32,852 nucleotides of DNA from Eledone cirrhosa. Its lineage: Eukaryota. The stretch spans positions 1 to 32,852 of the forward strand of contig CAXHJY010000145.1 in assembly GCA_964016885.1 (NCBI GenBank), written 5' to 3'. Positions 1 through 11,892 of this stretch are shown piece after piece; position 1 is the stretch's first letter; every line of letters begins with the position of its first letter. Made by a program: the position numbers and the translations under genes. The notes beneath the pieces were generated by a model, which was given only the letters and a program-made list of their open reading frames with translations, was not told the DNA's origin and searched no databases.

Positions 1-229
1 TATATTCTTAGTACATGGCTTGAATTCTTTTCAGAGTTCAACGACCTGCGCATGTATTGTTTTTGGCGGTAGTCTCCTTCCTCCTATTTTCGGGACAGTG
101 TGTTCGGGACAGTGTGTGATTTTCTTTAGAACTGTTGTACTAACAACTTAGCAGCTCCCTCAAGCATTGATGGTGATTATCGCTAAATATTGATGTTGAT
201 TTGGTTATCAATATTAATATTATTGGGCA

Positions 230-352
230 CCCACTGAAGAATTATAAGAGCCCACTTGAATACGTATCTGTTGATCTTATACAAGCTTCTACATAATTTG
301 GTATAATTTCACCCAACTTGTAGAAATCTTATAATGAAACGAGTCGTCTGGG
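230..352 (+). ncRNA. Type I hammerhead ribozyme with long branched stem II
   Basis: Stem I CCCA(230-233)/TGGG(349-352); core CTGAAGA 234-240; stem II ATTATAAGA(241-249)/TCTTATAAT(327-335); GAAAC 336-340; short stem III ACG-AGT-CGT; GTC site 346-348. Confidence 0.8.
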
Positions 353-501
353 AAGTAATATATTGGATATATCTCATATGAAATGATACAGCCAATTTTC
401 CACACAATACAATTAGTTAGCACCCCGAACGTTTAATTAGGAATATACTCAGGTATTTCCTAATGTTTGTTGAGTGAGTTGGAATTTGGCCGGAGTATCG
501 C

Positions 502-1045
502 TGTCTTATTTATACAGTATGATATATTATCCCGAATGTAGAGAAACACCAAAATATCAAAAATATCAAACATATTATAAAACATATCAAACATATTATA
601 AAACATATTATAACAGGCAAAACAGTACCACTGTCTTTGCGCACACCACCACTCACATAATCCATGAAACGCAATATATAGACTACCGGTCTATCACACT
701 ATAATTAAGAATCGACAAGATATGGTTTATAACTTGGTTCTATGCTGAATCATCGTGGATTGTGTGATAGACCTGTAGTCTATATATTGCGTTTCATGGA
801 TTATGTGAGTGGTGGCGTGCGCAAAGACAGTGGTACTGTTTTGCCTATGTTATAATATGTTTTATAATATGTTTGATACTTTTGATATTTTGGTGTTTCT
901 CTACATTCGGGATTATATATCATACAGGTGTATGCGAAAAAATGATTCAACAATACAGCCCACATAATACTATTGATTGCATGCTTTAACTGCCTGATCC
1001 TACAAGTAACAATCTGCCGCACTCTAATCCTGTATAAATAAGACA
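502..1045. repeat. Long inverted repeat (arms ~502-699 and ~763-1045, ~60-bp spacer)
   Basis: 517-699 is the reverse complement of 763-925. TGTCTTATTTATACAG (502-517) matches 1030-1045. The left arm lacks ~100 bp present in the right arm. Confidence 0.9.
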
Positions 1046-1131
1046 CGCGTGCATGCTACACGTGAGATTGTTTCATACACTGACTACTCTAAACTTTCCT
1101 CTTGCTTTATCTTCATAAACTGCCAATGTTT

Positions 1132-1446
1132 CATTTTTATTTTTATTTTTATTTTTATTTTTATTTTTATTTTTATTTTTATTTTTATTTTTATTTTTAT
1201 TTTTATTTTTATTTTTTTTATTTTTATTTTTATTTTTTATATTATTTTTATTTTTATTTTTATTTTTATTTTTATTTTTACTTTTATTTTTATTTTTATT
1301 ATTTTTATTTTTATTTTTATTTTTATTTTTATTTTTATTTTTATTTTTATTTTTAATTTTATTTTTATTTTTATTTTTATTTTTATTTTTATTTTTATTT
1401 TTATTTTTATTTTTATTTTTATTTTTATTTTTATTTTTATTTTTAT
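1132..1446. repeat. (ATTTTT)n hexamer microsatellite
   Basis: About 50 near-perfect copies; source of the FIFI/YFYF ORFs. Confidence 0.97.
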
Positions 1447-1664
1447 CCTTTACCCTTTATATGTAAATCGCCATGCTATATCATTATGATGGATGTCATC
1501 CCACTGTGGGTCAATATATGCATATATTTTTATATGTCTCTTGTGTTGAAAAGAAAGTAAAGTATGTTATAGATCACTAAATAGTTGCTCCGAAGAATCA
1601 AAACCTCGGTTTGGAGGAAACAATTGTAAGCAAATAAATGATTTAAACTGAACTTTGATTATTG

Positions 1665-1810
<146 letters not shown>

Positions 1811-2090
1811 ATGTATGCATATTGTAATGTTTGATTAAAACATCCGAGCATTAACTGAATAAACACTAGATAATTATGTGCAGATTCCACATTTTATTTT
1901 CTATGAAAAACAATGGCATTGTTTCAGTTGCTCACTTATACATTAGATCAATATATAATATAACACAGAATTAACAGACGTTCAATCCAATCTATAATTT
2001 ATATATATGTTATTCCGGGTTAAATCAGAGGTAACCACAGTAAGTAAGGTACTCAATACATAGCAGAGAATAAAAGTTTGAATATAGATG

Positions 2091-2141
2091 ATATTCTACA
2101 GGACTAGAACTGTTTCATTCTTTAGAAATCATCAGGAATAT
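2091..2141 (-). ncRNA. Minimal Penelope-type type I hammerhead in a short non-autonomous element (~2010-2160)
   Basis: Minus strand reads ATATTC-CTGATGA-T-TTC-TAAA-GAA-T-GAAAC-AG-TTCTAGTC-CT-GTA-GAATAT: 6-bp stem I, weak stem II with U.U, GUA site. Confidence 0.7.
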
Positions 2142-2335
2142 ATATTAGCTTTCTCCGATTATGTATTTATATATATATATAATAGTCTAATTAGTCCCTA
2201 CAGTTATCAGTGATATATTAATTAACATTCATACAGGCATATATTGCAATATCTTTGAGATTACCTTCTTCTTGGGTGATAGTTGTCTGCCAGATAAAGC
2301 GTGTATATATATATATATACATGTATATAAATATG

Positions 2336-2399
<64 letters not shown>

Positions 2400-2531
2400 G
2401 TGTGCGCGTGCCTATATAAATATATATATATATATACAAATATATAGATAGACATATATACATTTATTTATCGGGGATATAACACGTGATTTTAACATAC
2501 ACGAGAGACGACATCACTTGATTGTATATAT

Positions 2532-2670
2532 AGAGTGTATGGTGGAGGAGTTCGCTTCGCAACTAAGTTGTTTTGCGTTCGGTGCCACTGGACAGCACCA
2601 TAGTAAGTTGTTTACTATAACCTCTGGTTGAGCAATGAATTGTGAGTGAAATTTTCAGAAGCCCATTGTA
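2532..2670 (+). mobile_element. Degenerate tRNA-derived SINE 5' part
   Basis: Degenerate B-box (GCGTTCGGTGCC); similar to the reverse complement of 13621-13775. Confidence 0.55.
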
Positions 2671-2904
2671 AATATATATAAATATATATACCCAGAAACA
2701 TTAATGTCTGCAGTTCTGTTCACATGCCAACACAAGAGCAAGAATGAAGGGTTCATTCTATTGACATGGCTCTATAAAATTGAGGCTTATTTGCATAATT
2801 GCAAACGAATCGAATGTTATTATTAATATTCGAAAAACTCAGATTACATTTATTGTATTCAGCCATGTAGAGCAAAAAAAGTTTTCTTTTTTATATATAT
2901 ATAT

Positions 2905-3105
2905 TTAGTTTCCTGAGTGTTGGGAGGTAACCACAGTTACAAAAAGGTACGCTATATGTTGGTAAAGTATAAGCATCTTTATCATATATAGAAATAACTT
3001 CTAAAACTATTTCAGTCATAAGGAATCATCAGGAATTCCTGATGATTCCATACAAATGAAACAGTTCTAGTCCTGTAGATGTCATTTCTATATATAATAA
3101 AGATA
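2905..3105. mobile_element. Head-to-head pair of the 2.1-kb hammerhead element fused at a 28-bp perfect palindrome (3022-3049)
   Basis: GAGGTAACCACAGT is shared with 2028-2041. The plus copy has CTGATGA 3039-3045, GAAAC 3058-3062 and GTA 3075-3077. Stems I and II are degraded. Confidence 0.7.
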
Positions 3106-3140
3106 TAATATATATCATCGATACCAACGTCCACACCACC

Positions 3141-3201
<61 letters not shown>

Positions 3202-3499
3202 AAAAAGTAAGTCCATAGGATCATTAGATAAAATATATACAGGAATTCAACTACCAATCAGCATAAATCAACCACACAAAAAAATCATTTAAACGAGGCT
3301 ATTAGTTTAAAATATACCCGTGAAGAAGCAATAGATATATGATATAGCTTCTTATCCGCACTTAAAGCTATAACAAATTTACCTAGTATTTCAAATTATC
3401 TGTAGAAATTGACTAGACATATAGTTAACCATACATAATTAGGTACAAAATCAAAGTTAGAAGAAAAAATGTACATAAACCTTATCAAAATCATCAAAA

Positions 3500-3585
3500 T
3501 ATCTCTACCCCCGGCAATCTCATTCCATTTTGGGATATATCCGATCTTGGATAACTCAACGAGGTTTGGAAATCATCAGGAGATA
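3500..3585 (-). ncRNA. Decayed hammerhead with extended stem II
   Basis: Minus strand: TATCTC-CTGATGA-T-TTCCA...TGGAA-T-GAGAT-TGCCGGGG-GTA-GAGATA. Stem I (6 bp) is intact but GAAA is mutated to GAGA. Confidence 0.55.
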
Positions 3586-3905
3586 ACTCAATTGGACAAA
3601 CATTTTTCTTACATGATCCAGCCAGAAACGAATTCAAAATGGCTAAGAATCCTCACGTGGCTAGTGATCAAGGCAGAAAGTTTGTGATTGGTGCCCGTCG
3701 GCGAGTCGGGTGGTTGCTAGAAAGCGCAGCCGAATACTGCCTAAAGTTTTACTCAACCTTACGGGAGTATATAAAATTTAAAGGGTATATACATATAAAC
3801 TAGACAGAGTCATAGATATATATATATATATATGTTTTTGGCAACCATTCACGGTGTGGCTCAATGAAGAATTAATTAAATAATTAATAATCAGAGCAAT
3901 ATATA

Positions 3906-3966
<61 letters not shown>

Positions 3967-4254
3967 TATGTATACATTGTTGAATATATACCCATCTCTC
4001 ATAAAATTCTGAGGATGGATATAACTGCAGCTCTCTACATTCATTAATATATTTGCTATGCCTGCCCAATATTTGGAGCGTTCACCACTACCCTTTCATA
4101 TATCTAACATAGGGCTAGAGTAGTGTTCTCAATGGAGAGCACTTGGCTTCCAGGTAAAGAATAATGTTCATTGTGTATATATCAAATAAAATACCAATAT
4201 ACTCAGCAACTATAACGACGATCTTGTATTAAATGTTCACAAAAATGCTTCATG

Positions 4255-4424
4255 CTTAAATTCGTTTGGGAGTATACAATTATTAAGGTTTGAAAATCTT
4301 CCTCGTATTATTATAGCGTTAAAACTTACTAGACGGCAATTGAAAATAAGGTGAATTTGAGGAAACCTGGGATTGCAAGGGGAAATTGTGACCTGGGATT
4401 GCAAGGGGAGGAATGTGACCTGGG
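4255..4424 (-). repeat. Dispersed repeat homologous to 13971-14270, with an internal 27-bp tandem
   Basis: The reverse complement contains CCAGGTCACATT...CTTGCAATC...TTTTCAATTG...TCTAGTAA...AACCTTAATAATTGTAT, as at 14122-14252. Confidence 0.75.
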
Positions 4425-5077
4425 TCTCTGATCTAGAGATAGGAAGGTGGTTCAACCTACATATCGACTCGGCAAGAGGATAGACTAGAAGACCGTGAAT
4501 GTATGACGTTCAGTTAAAAATGCAAATTTTGATTAGTACTGTCTAGTCCCCTTCTCCCCCCGTAGTCCGAAAAAAGTCTTGTTTTTGCTCTTCAAAATTC
4601 CTCACAAAGTCTCTGATTAGTAATGATGTTTATGTTTAACAACTAATACAAAAAACACTTTCAGCTGATATGGAATGACGGCTTGCCTATGAAATTAGGG
4701 TGTATGCAACAGAGCATTTCGTCAATCTCAGATTTTAAGAGTGACAGGGTGATAAGGCTGGTCTTTTGAATTACAGGTGCAGTTCATCCGGTGGGCATAT
4801 GTGATAAATGTCTTTACTCATATATAATTGTCTTAATTGTTTAAGAAAATTCCATTTAATTTGTTTATATATGTCTATTTAATTATTTAGCTAACCATTT
4901 GAATAATTTCAGATTAATTTTAGGTAGTAATTTTTATGTTTAGATTGTATTTTTTTTTCTTGATTGGGCTTTCGTATTACGTTTTTTAAAGTAGGTTCGA
5001 TTTTATGCATTTAAGTATTTGCAAATTAAAATGGTTTAGGAGGGGTTCATTTGGGACTAACGGTGATTGCTGGGATG

Positions 5078-5198
5078 TCGGTTTGTTAGGTGCGATAGGG
5101 TTCTAGTATTTAGAGTGCATTATTTACGTTTAGGGATATTCAGTGATTACTTTGCATTTGTTTTAGGTGTACTACGTCCGGATTTAAGTATTTGATTG

Positions 5199-5267
<69 letters not shown>

Positions 5268-5364
5268 TATAATAACTAGAAATTGATTAACATATATATA
5301 AATAAATATAAACATGAATAATCACAGCAGATAATTTTTACAAGCGTGTAACCACGCATGTGAA

Positions 5365-5425
<61 letters not shown>

Positions 5426-5763
5426 ATAAGAAACGGAGAATCAGTGGTGCGACGAATTAAAATTTATTAGACATATTACAATCGTTTTTCTGTGCGCGTC
5501 TATGTGCGCAATTGTATCAGAGTCTGTATAAGCAATTGTTTCCGAGTTCATGTGTATGTGTGTGTGCGGATTGGTGTGAACTTGTGAGTTTACATGTGAG
5601 TGTACATGTAAACTCACAAGTGCACACACACATACACATGAACTCAGAAACAATTGCTTATACAGACTCTGATACATTTGCGCACATAGACGCGCACAGA
5701 AAAACGATTGTAATATGTCTAATACATTTTAATTCGTCGCACCACTGATTCTCCGTTTCTTAT

Positions 5764-5816
<53 letters not shown>

Positions 5817-6117
5817 ATCAAATACTTAAATCCGGACGTAGTACACCTAAAACAATGCAAAGTAATCACGGAATATCCCTAAACGTAAATAATTGTTTCT
5901 ACTTTAGGCACAAGGCCAGCAAATTACCCAGTACATTACTGGTACTTTATTTTATCGACCCCGTAAGGATGAAAGGCAAAGTTAACCTCGGCGGGATTTG
6001 AACTCAGACTGTAAAGGGACGTAACTATGCTAGAAAGCATGGCGTCCAACCCTCTACCGATACTGCCAATTCAATGCACTCTAAATACTAGAACCCTATC
6101 GCACCTAACAAACCGAT
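5078..6117. repeat. Nested ~1-kb palindrome: inner hairpin 5421-5768, outer arms 5078-5200 and 5813-6117
   Basis: Inner arms of ~170 bp meet at a spacer of a few nt near 5600. TA tracts separate the inner and outer arms. The right outer arm is interrupted by a SINE. Confidence 0.9.
5894..6072 (-). mobile_element. tRNA-derived SINE
   Basis: The minus strand has A-box-like TGGCAGTATCGG and B-box GAGTTCAAATCCC. A near-identical copy is at 14995-15171. Confidence 0.85.
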
Positions 6118-6124
6118 TCTCGTT

Positions 6125-7780
6125 TAAATGCGTGTGTATGTGCAGATATGTGCACGTGTGTGTGTTGGTAGATTTTGTGTGTGCATTTGTTGCGAGTTTA
6201 TGTGCACGTGTGAGTGTACGCGTGTTTGCGCGATTGTGTGTGCGTGTATATGCGCCGTGTGTGCATGTGCATTCGCGCAGTGTTTTTGTGCGCGTTTTGA
6301 GCGCACTTTAATGCACCTTTTGTGCACTTTCATGCGCATCGTTTGCACAATACTGTGCATGTTTTCTGCGCGTTTTTTGTGCGCGTTATTGCGCGAACCT
6401 TTGTGCGCATTTTGTGCACGATTTGCGTGTGTTTTTGTGCGCGTATTTGTGCGCGTTTTTGTGCACGTTCCTGTGCGTCTTTTCGTGGAGTAATTATGTG
6501 CGCTTTTTCTGCAAGTTTTTGTGCACGATTTGCGCGTGATTTTAGTGCCCATTTTGTGCAAGATTTTGTGCGTTTTTGTGCATGTTTTTGTGCTCGTTGT
6601 CGTCTTGTTAAATGAGCACTTTTGGTGCACATTCTGTGCGTTCTTTGGTGCAAGTTTTTGTGTGCGTTTTCGTGCATTATTTTGTGCACGTTTTCGGGCA
6701 TCTTAATGCGCGTTTTTTGCGCGAGCTTTTGTGCGCCTTTCGTGCACGATTTGCGTGCGTCTTTGTGCACGTTTTTATGCATCTTTTTTCTGCAAGATTT
6801 TGTGCGCTTTTTGTGCACGATTTGCGGATGATTTTAGTGCACATTTTGTGCGTTTTTGTGCACATTTTTGTCAAGTTTTCTGCGCGTTTTTGCACGATCT
6901 TTTGTGCGCTTCTTTTGTGCACATGTTGTGCATGATTTTGTGCATTCTTTTGCACAAGATTTTGTGCGCGTTTCATGCACGTTTTTGTGCGTCTTTTTGT
7001 GAAATATATTTGTCCGCTTTTTCTGTCAGTGTTTATGCGCTTTTTCTGTACAATTTGTGAACTTTTTAGTGAGCATTTTGTGCACATTTGTGCATGATTT
7101 TGTGCATGTTTTCGTGCGCGTTTTTGCGCGAGATTTTGTGCGTTCTTTTGTGCTAGTTTTTGTGCGCATTTTCGTGCATTATTCTTGTGCGCGCTTTTGT
7201 GACCTTTTGCACTTTTGTGCAAGATTTTGTGCGTTCCTTTGGGCATGCTTTAGTGCGCGCTTTTGTGCACGTTTCTGTACGCTTGAGCTTTTGTGCATTT
7301 ATTGCACTTTTTGTACACGTATTGCGCGCGTTTTTGTGCACATTTTTTTGTATCTTTTTCTGAAGTATGTTTGTGCGATTTTTCTGCACTTTTGTTTAAG
7401 ATTTTGTGCGTTCTTCTGTGCATGTTTTTGTGCGCCTTTTTGTCACGTTTTGTGCGCTTTTTCTGCACGATTTGTGCGCGTTGTAATGCACATTTTGTTC
7501 ACTTTTGTGCAAGATTTAGTGCGTTCTTTTGTTCATGTTTTTGTGCGCGTTTTCGTGCACGTTTTCTCATGAGCCTTTGTTCGCTTTTTGTGCACGGTTT
7601 GCGCGCGTTTTTGTACGCGTTGTTTGTGCGCTTTTTTGTGCCTTTTTAGTGCGCCTTTCTGCAATCTTTTACTCTTTTTGTGCTTGATTTTTGTGCTTTT
7701 TGTGCGCGTTCTTGTCTACGTTTGCGTGCAGGTTTTTGTGCGTTATTTTGTGCGCTTTTCACGCAAGGTTTGTGCGCTTT
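6125..7780. repeat. Degenerate TTTTGTGCRC minisatellite (~10-12-bp period)
   Basis: Reiterated T-tract plus GTGCAC/GTGCGC motifs with strong strand asymmetry; source of the overlapping low-complexity ORFs. Confidence 0.9.
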
Positions 7781-7847
7781 TATATATATATATATATATA
7801 TAAACATAGTATATCTATATATATATACATAATATATATACATATAC

Positions 7848-7911
<64 letters not shown>

Positions 7912-7949
7912 CATATATACATTATATATATATATATATATATATATAC

Positions 7950-7993
<44 letters not shown>

Positions 7994-8180
7994 ATATACA
8001 TAATATATACTTAATATACATAATATATAGAAATATATACTTAATATATATATATATATATACATACATAATATATATATATACATAATATATATATATA
8101 TATATACATAATATATATATATACATACATAATATATATATATATATATAAATAAATTTATACATTATATATATATACAT
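7781..8180. repeat. (TA)n-rich tract
   Basis: Directly visible. Confidence 0.95.
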
Positions 8181-8181
8181 T

Positions 8182-9133
8182 CACTGGCACCTAGAAGTCT
8201 TATATATTTTTATGTGAGCTGATAGAGGACAGTTTAAGGATTTACACAAACCCAAGAAGCTAGATTTACCATCTTTCTAGCGGGTCCGGGTATGCTTTTT
8301 ACATTCATTTGATTTATTGATTTATTGATTTTTTATCTGTGTGTCCCGAATCTTCCAGATCGCAATTTTTCGGTTGTATGGTTGATTATAGACTTGTTCT
8401 ATGTGTGACGGTATTTTAACGATAGTTATAGCTCTGATTTATCTAAATTATTGAGCCCTCTGCCGCTCATATCGAATTTTGTTTATCGTGAACTCGTGCG
8501 CCGATTTTTCGATACTCGATTATTCTACTATATTTAGCTCTAGACCTAGCTATTGACCAGTTAATTCTATTGTTCATTTTTTGTCGATTCTATTAAATGA
8601 TGAATAGCTCCTGTTTATTTTAACATGTCTATTGAGCACTCTTATTCGATATGTGTATTTCCACATTTTCCCGAATATTTTTCGCGGATATAGAGGTTAT
8701 CTCCCTTGCTGAATTACATGTGCGTATTTAGCCTGGGTTATGCCTTTTCATTCGTTTGGACAAAGCTCGTTGAGGAAGTAAACTCCCGTCCACTGGCACC
8801 TAGAAGTCTTATATATTTTTATGTGAGCTGATAGAGGACAGTTTAAGGATTTACAGAAACCCGAGAAGCTAGATTTACCATCTTTCTAGCGGGTCCGGGT
8901 ATGATTTTACATTCATTTGATTTATTGATTTATTGATTTTTTATCTGAGTGTCCCGAATCTTCCAGATCGCAATTTTTCGGTTGTATGTTTGATTATAGA
9001 CTTGTTCTATGTGTGACGGTATTTTAACGATAGTTATAGCTCTGATTTATCTAAATTATTGAGCCCTCTGCCGCTCATATCGAATTTTGTTTATCGTGAA
9101 CTCGTGCGCCGATTTTTCGATACTCGATTATTC

Positions 9134-9140
<7 letters not shown>
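8182..9140 (+). mobile_element. Retrozyme-like element, 609-bp unit x ~1.6 (subfamily of the main array)
   Basis: 8182 onward repeats at 8791 onward; clearly homologous to the 616-bp unit; flanked by (TA)n on both sides. Confidence 0.9.
8765..8900 (+). ncRNA. Variant type I hammerhead (UUGAGGA core, long stem II)
   Basis: Stem I GCTCG/CGGGT; TTGAGGA 8770-8776; stem II base GTAAA/TTTAC; GAAAC 8856-8860; stem III ACCCG/CGGGT; GTC 8893-8895. Confidence 0.75.
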
Positions 9141-9196
<56 letters not shown>

Positions 9197-9422
9197 TAAT
9201 AGAAGTACAGCACATTCGAAGCTCCAGCCTCAGCTAAGCCGACGAATGCATTCAGAAGTGCAGCCAAGCACTCGACAAGGTATAACATGTTAGATTAATA
9301 ACATACAGTTTAAAGGGCTTTTCAAATTGAAGATAGCGACCGGTAATTCGTATCTTTAATCAAAAACATTTTGAACACGTTGCGCTATCATTTTACGGTA
9401 CTGACTATGTCACTTACTTCTT

Positions 9423-9513
9423 TTTTCGGCAAAGGAAGGGAGAGAAGCTGACAGATTCTGTTTCACACTGTTGGTGTTCCTCAGAGCAACGTACTCCCCG
9501 CCTACGCCGAAAA
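9423..9513 (-). ncRNA. Canonical type I hammerhead ribozyme
   Basis: Minus strand of 9447-9487 reads GCT-CTGAGGA-ACAC-CAACA-GTGT-GAAAC-AG-AAT-CT-GTC-AGC. Stem I is extended by TTTTCGGC/GCCGAAAA (9423-9430 with 9506-9513). Confidence 0.85.
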
Positions 9514-9659
9514 TTATAGAGGCTAGATTCTTATAGAATTCCTGTAATAATCAGGAACTGATTATACAGAGCGATTGCCGGTCTAGCAATAATTAAAAAT
9601 TAGGATTGGTGCTCTGAAATAGCGATGTATACATGAATGTATGTATAGTATATTTGGCA

Positions 9660-10115
9660 ATATACCGTATGTTCAATTATTGCATTAATTTTACACTTGC
9701 TGAATTCACCTGCCAAGAACTGGGGTTACCTCCCTTGCAGAGATATACCCGTGGTGTCTCACTACTCCATACTATTGCATTAATTCCGCATGCTGGCGTA
9801 GAATAAAATACTTGTTGAGGAAGTGACAGCTTGTTCGATCATTATACCAAAAGCTTATTATTGAAGCAGGCAGTATAATTGATTTAAGTGTCGCAGAAAC
9901 CCTTTACTAGATTATACCATCATTTCCCTGAGTCCGGGTAAATATTCTTTTGTTTGACCTGTTTGGCTTGCCTCTCTTTTTTTGGCTTAGGTGGTTGATG
10001 ACTTCATGACCGCCATCTCAATTTGTTTGGCCTTTATAACCTATGTTTATTGGTATGGTCTTTTTTTGGTCCATGGAGCGCTTGCCAGCATAACTCGGAT
10101 ATTGCCTTTCGCTTT

Positions 10116-10119
<4 letters not shown>
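9660..10119 (+). mobile_element. Diverged partial retrozyme-like unit with hammerhead at 9809-9940
   Basis: Stem I TACTTG/CGGGTA; TTGAGGA 9815-9821; stem II GTGACA/TGTCGC; GAAAC 9896-9900; GTC 9932-9934; stem III degraded. Ends in (TA)n. The 5' boundary is approximate. Confidence 0.7.
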
Positions 10120-10145
<26 letters not shown>

Positions 10146-10152
<7 letters not shown>

Positions 10153-10262
10153 AGCTTTCACCGTATTTTTGACTAAAGAAATTTTAGCCTGATAATGGGG
10201 TTCTAAACCCCATTATCAGGCTAAAATTTCTTTAGTCAAAAATACGGTGAAAGCTATTCTAT
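10146..10262. repeat. Perfect 57-bp-arm hairpin with a 3-nt loop
   Basis: 10146-10202 is the exact reverse complement of 10206-10262; the loop is CTA. Confidence 0.95.
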
Positions 10263-10309
10263 TTTCTAATTTCAAACCTGCTCACTGTTTCAAAACATAC
10301 TTACTTGTC

Positions 10310-10387
10310 ATATATATATATATACATATATATATATACATATATATATATACATATATATATACACACACATATATATATATATAT

Positions 10388-10476
<89 letters not shown>
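10310..10476. repeat. (TA)n/(CA)n microsatellite
   Basis: Directly visible. Confidence 0.95.
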
Positions 10477-10481
<5 letters not shown>

Positions 10482-10917
10482 GGGCCATTATATTGCTGGC
10501 CTTGTGACAAAAGTAGAAACAATTATATTAGCAGTTGCTAGTTAATTGCGAAATTCATTAGAGCGTCGGATATAATGTATTGTGGTATATGTTCAAATCA
10601 CACCGAGGTCATCTTTAACTTTTATTATTTCGGGATTTATAAAAAAAAAATTACCAATCCATGGAATTGGTAGTGTCGGTTGTGATTCCTTGTGGTATTT
10701 GTTCCTGTGCTTTCAAATCACACGTTTTCGTCTAGGAATTCAAATAACAACAATAGTGAATGCCAACAGCCCGACCACGGGGCCACAACTGAATATGATA
10801 GCTGCAATGTGTTGGGGGAATTGTGGCTATCTGTTAAAGCAGTCGAACGATGCTGATGTGGCGACGGTAGTAAAGACAGAAGGAGGCACCATCACAACTA
10901 TGTTGTGTCTTATGCTG

Positions 10918-11082
10918 GTGGGGTGTGGGTGTGTGTGTGAGCGGGTGTGTGGGTGTGAACTGGTGTGTGTGCGTGTGTGAGCTGGTGTGTGCATGTGTGT
11001 GTGCGTGTGTAGGTGTGTAGGTGTGAGAGAGAGTGAGTGTGTGCATGTGTGTGTGTGTTTGTGCATGTGTGTGTGTGTGTGT
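10918..11082. repeat. (GT)n-rich degenerate microsatellite
   Basis: Directly visible. Confidence 0.9.
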
Positions 11083-11677
11083 TTGAAAGTGAGTTGCTTG
11101 GAAGAGTTAGTGGTGCCGCATTGTGGGATTGAAACTGAAACCACGTAGTCGCAAGAGAACACATTAAAGAGAACACATTAAACTATGGTTACATATTTGA
11201 AAGAAATGATGACGAGATGGTCAAAGGTAGATTGTCTGTTTATTGATCTTTTCGATCGGGTCAGGGAAGAAATGAGAGAGAGGGAGATATAATCATCATC
11301 ATCATCATCAACAACAACACAAACAAAAATAACTCTGAACCCAAACACTATGATAGTTTATGTTGGAGTGTCCTATTATAATCGATTTCTATACTTTTAT
11401 ATTTCTCATCCTTACTCCCATCATACCAAAACCCATCTTTCCATTACGACCACCTTACCATCCCTAACACAACCATAAACTTCAAACCCTCTCCTGCCTC
11501 GACCACAACCACTTTTACCAAACTTTCTATTTAATCTTGCGTCAACTAGTTTCAGACAGGAAGTAAGGTTTCGCCGCTCACCAAATCCAAGACAAGGTCC
11601 AAGAAAAACTTATTGGAAATCCGAGCAAACAACCAACAACCCACCTAATATTGCTACAGCGTGTATCTCTCTCTCTC

Positions 11678-11711
<34 letters not shown>

Positions 11712-11849
11712 CAAAGTTATCATAACGTGTATGTGTGTGTGACTCACTTCATTCTCTGTTGCTATTTCCAGATGAAAATGTCAGTTCTTCCATTTCCTGT
11801 CCTGTTCCTACTTGAGGTATTTAATCTGTCTTCTGTTTATGTACAGATC

Positions 11850-11892
<43 letters not shown>

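Noticed and set aside
4009-4160. CTGAGGA followed by a long stem closed by TGGA/TCCA
   Set aside because: No GAAA, stem III or matching stem I follows; at most a decayed remnant.
5990-6070. tRNA gene (A/B boxes)
   Set aside because: There is no cloverleaf; this is the head of a repeated SINE.
11555-11585. Minus-strand TTGGTGA-GCGGC-GAAAC...GTC
   Set aside because: The core is mutated at A6 and there are no stems I or III.
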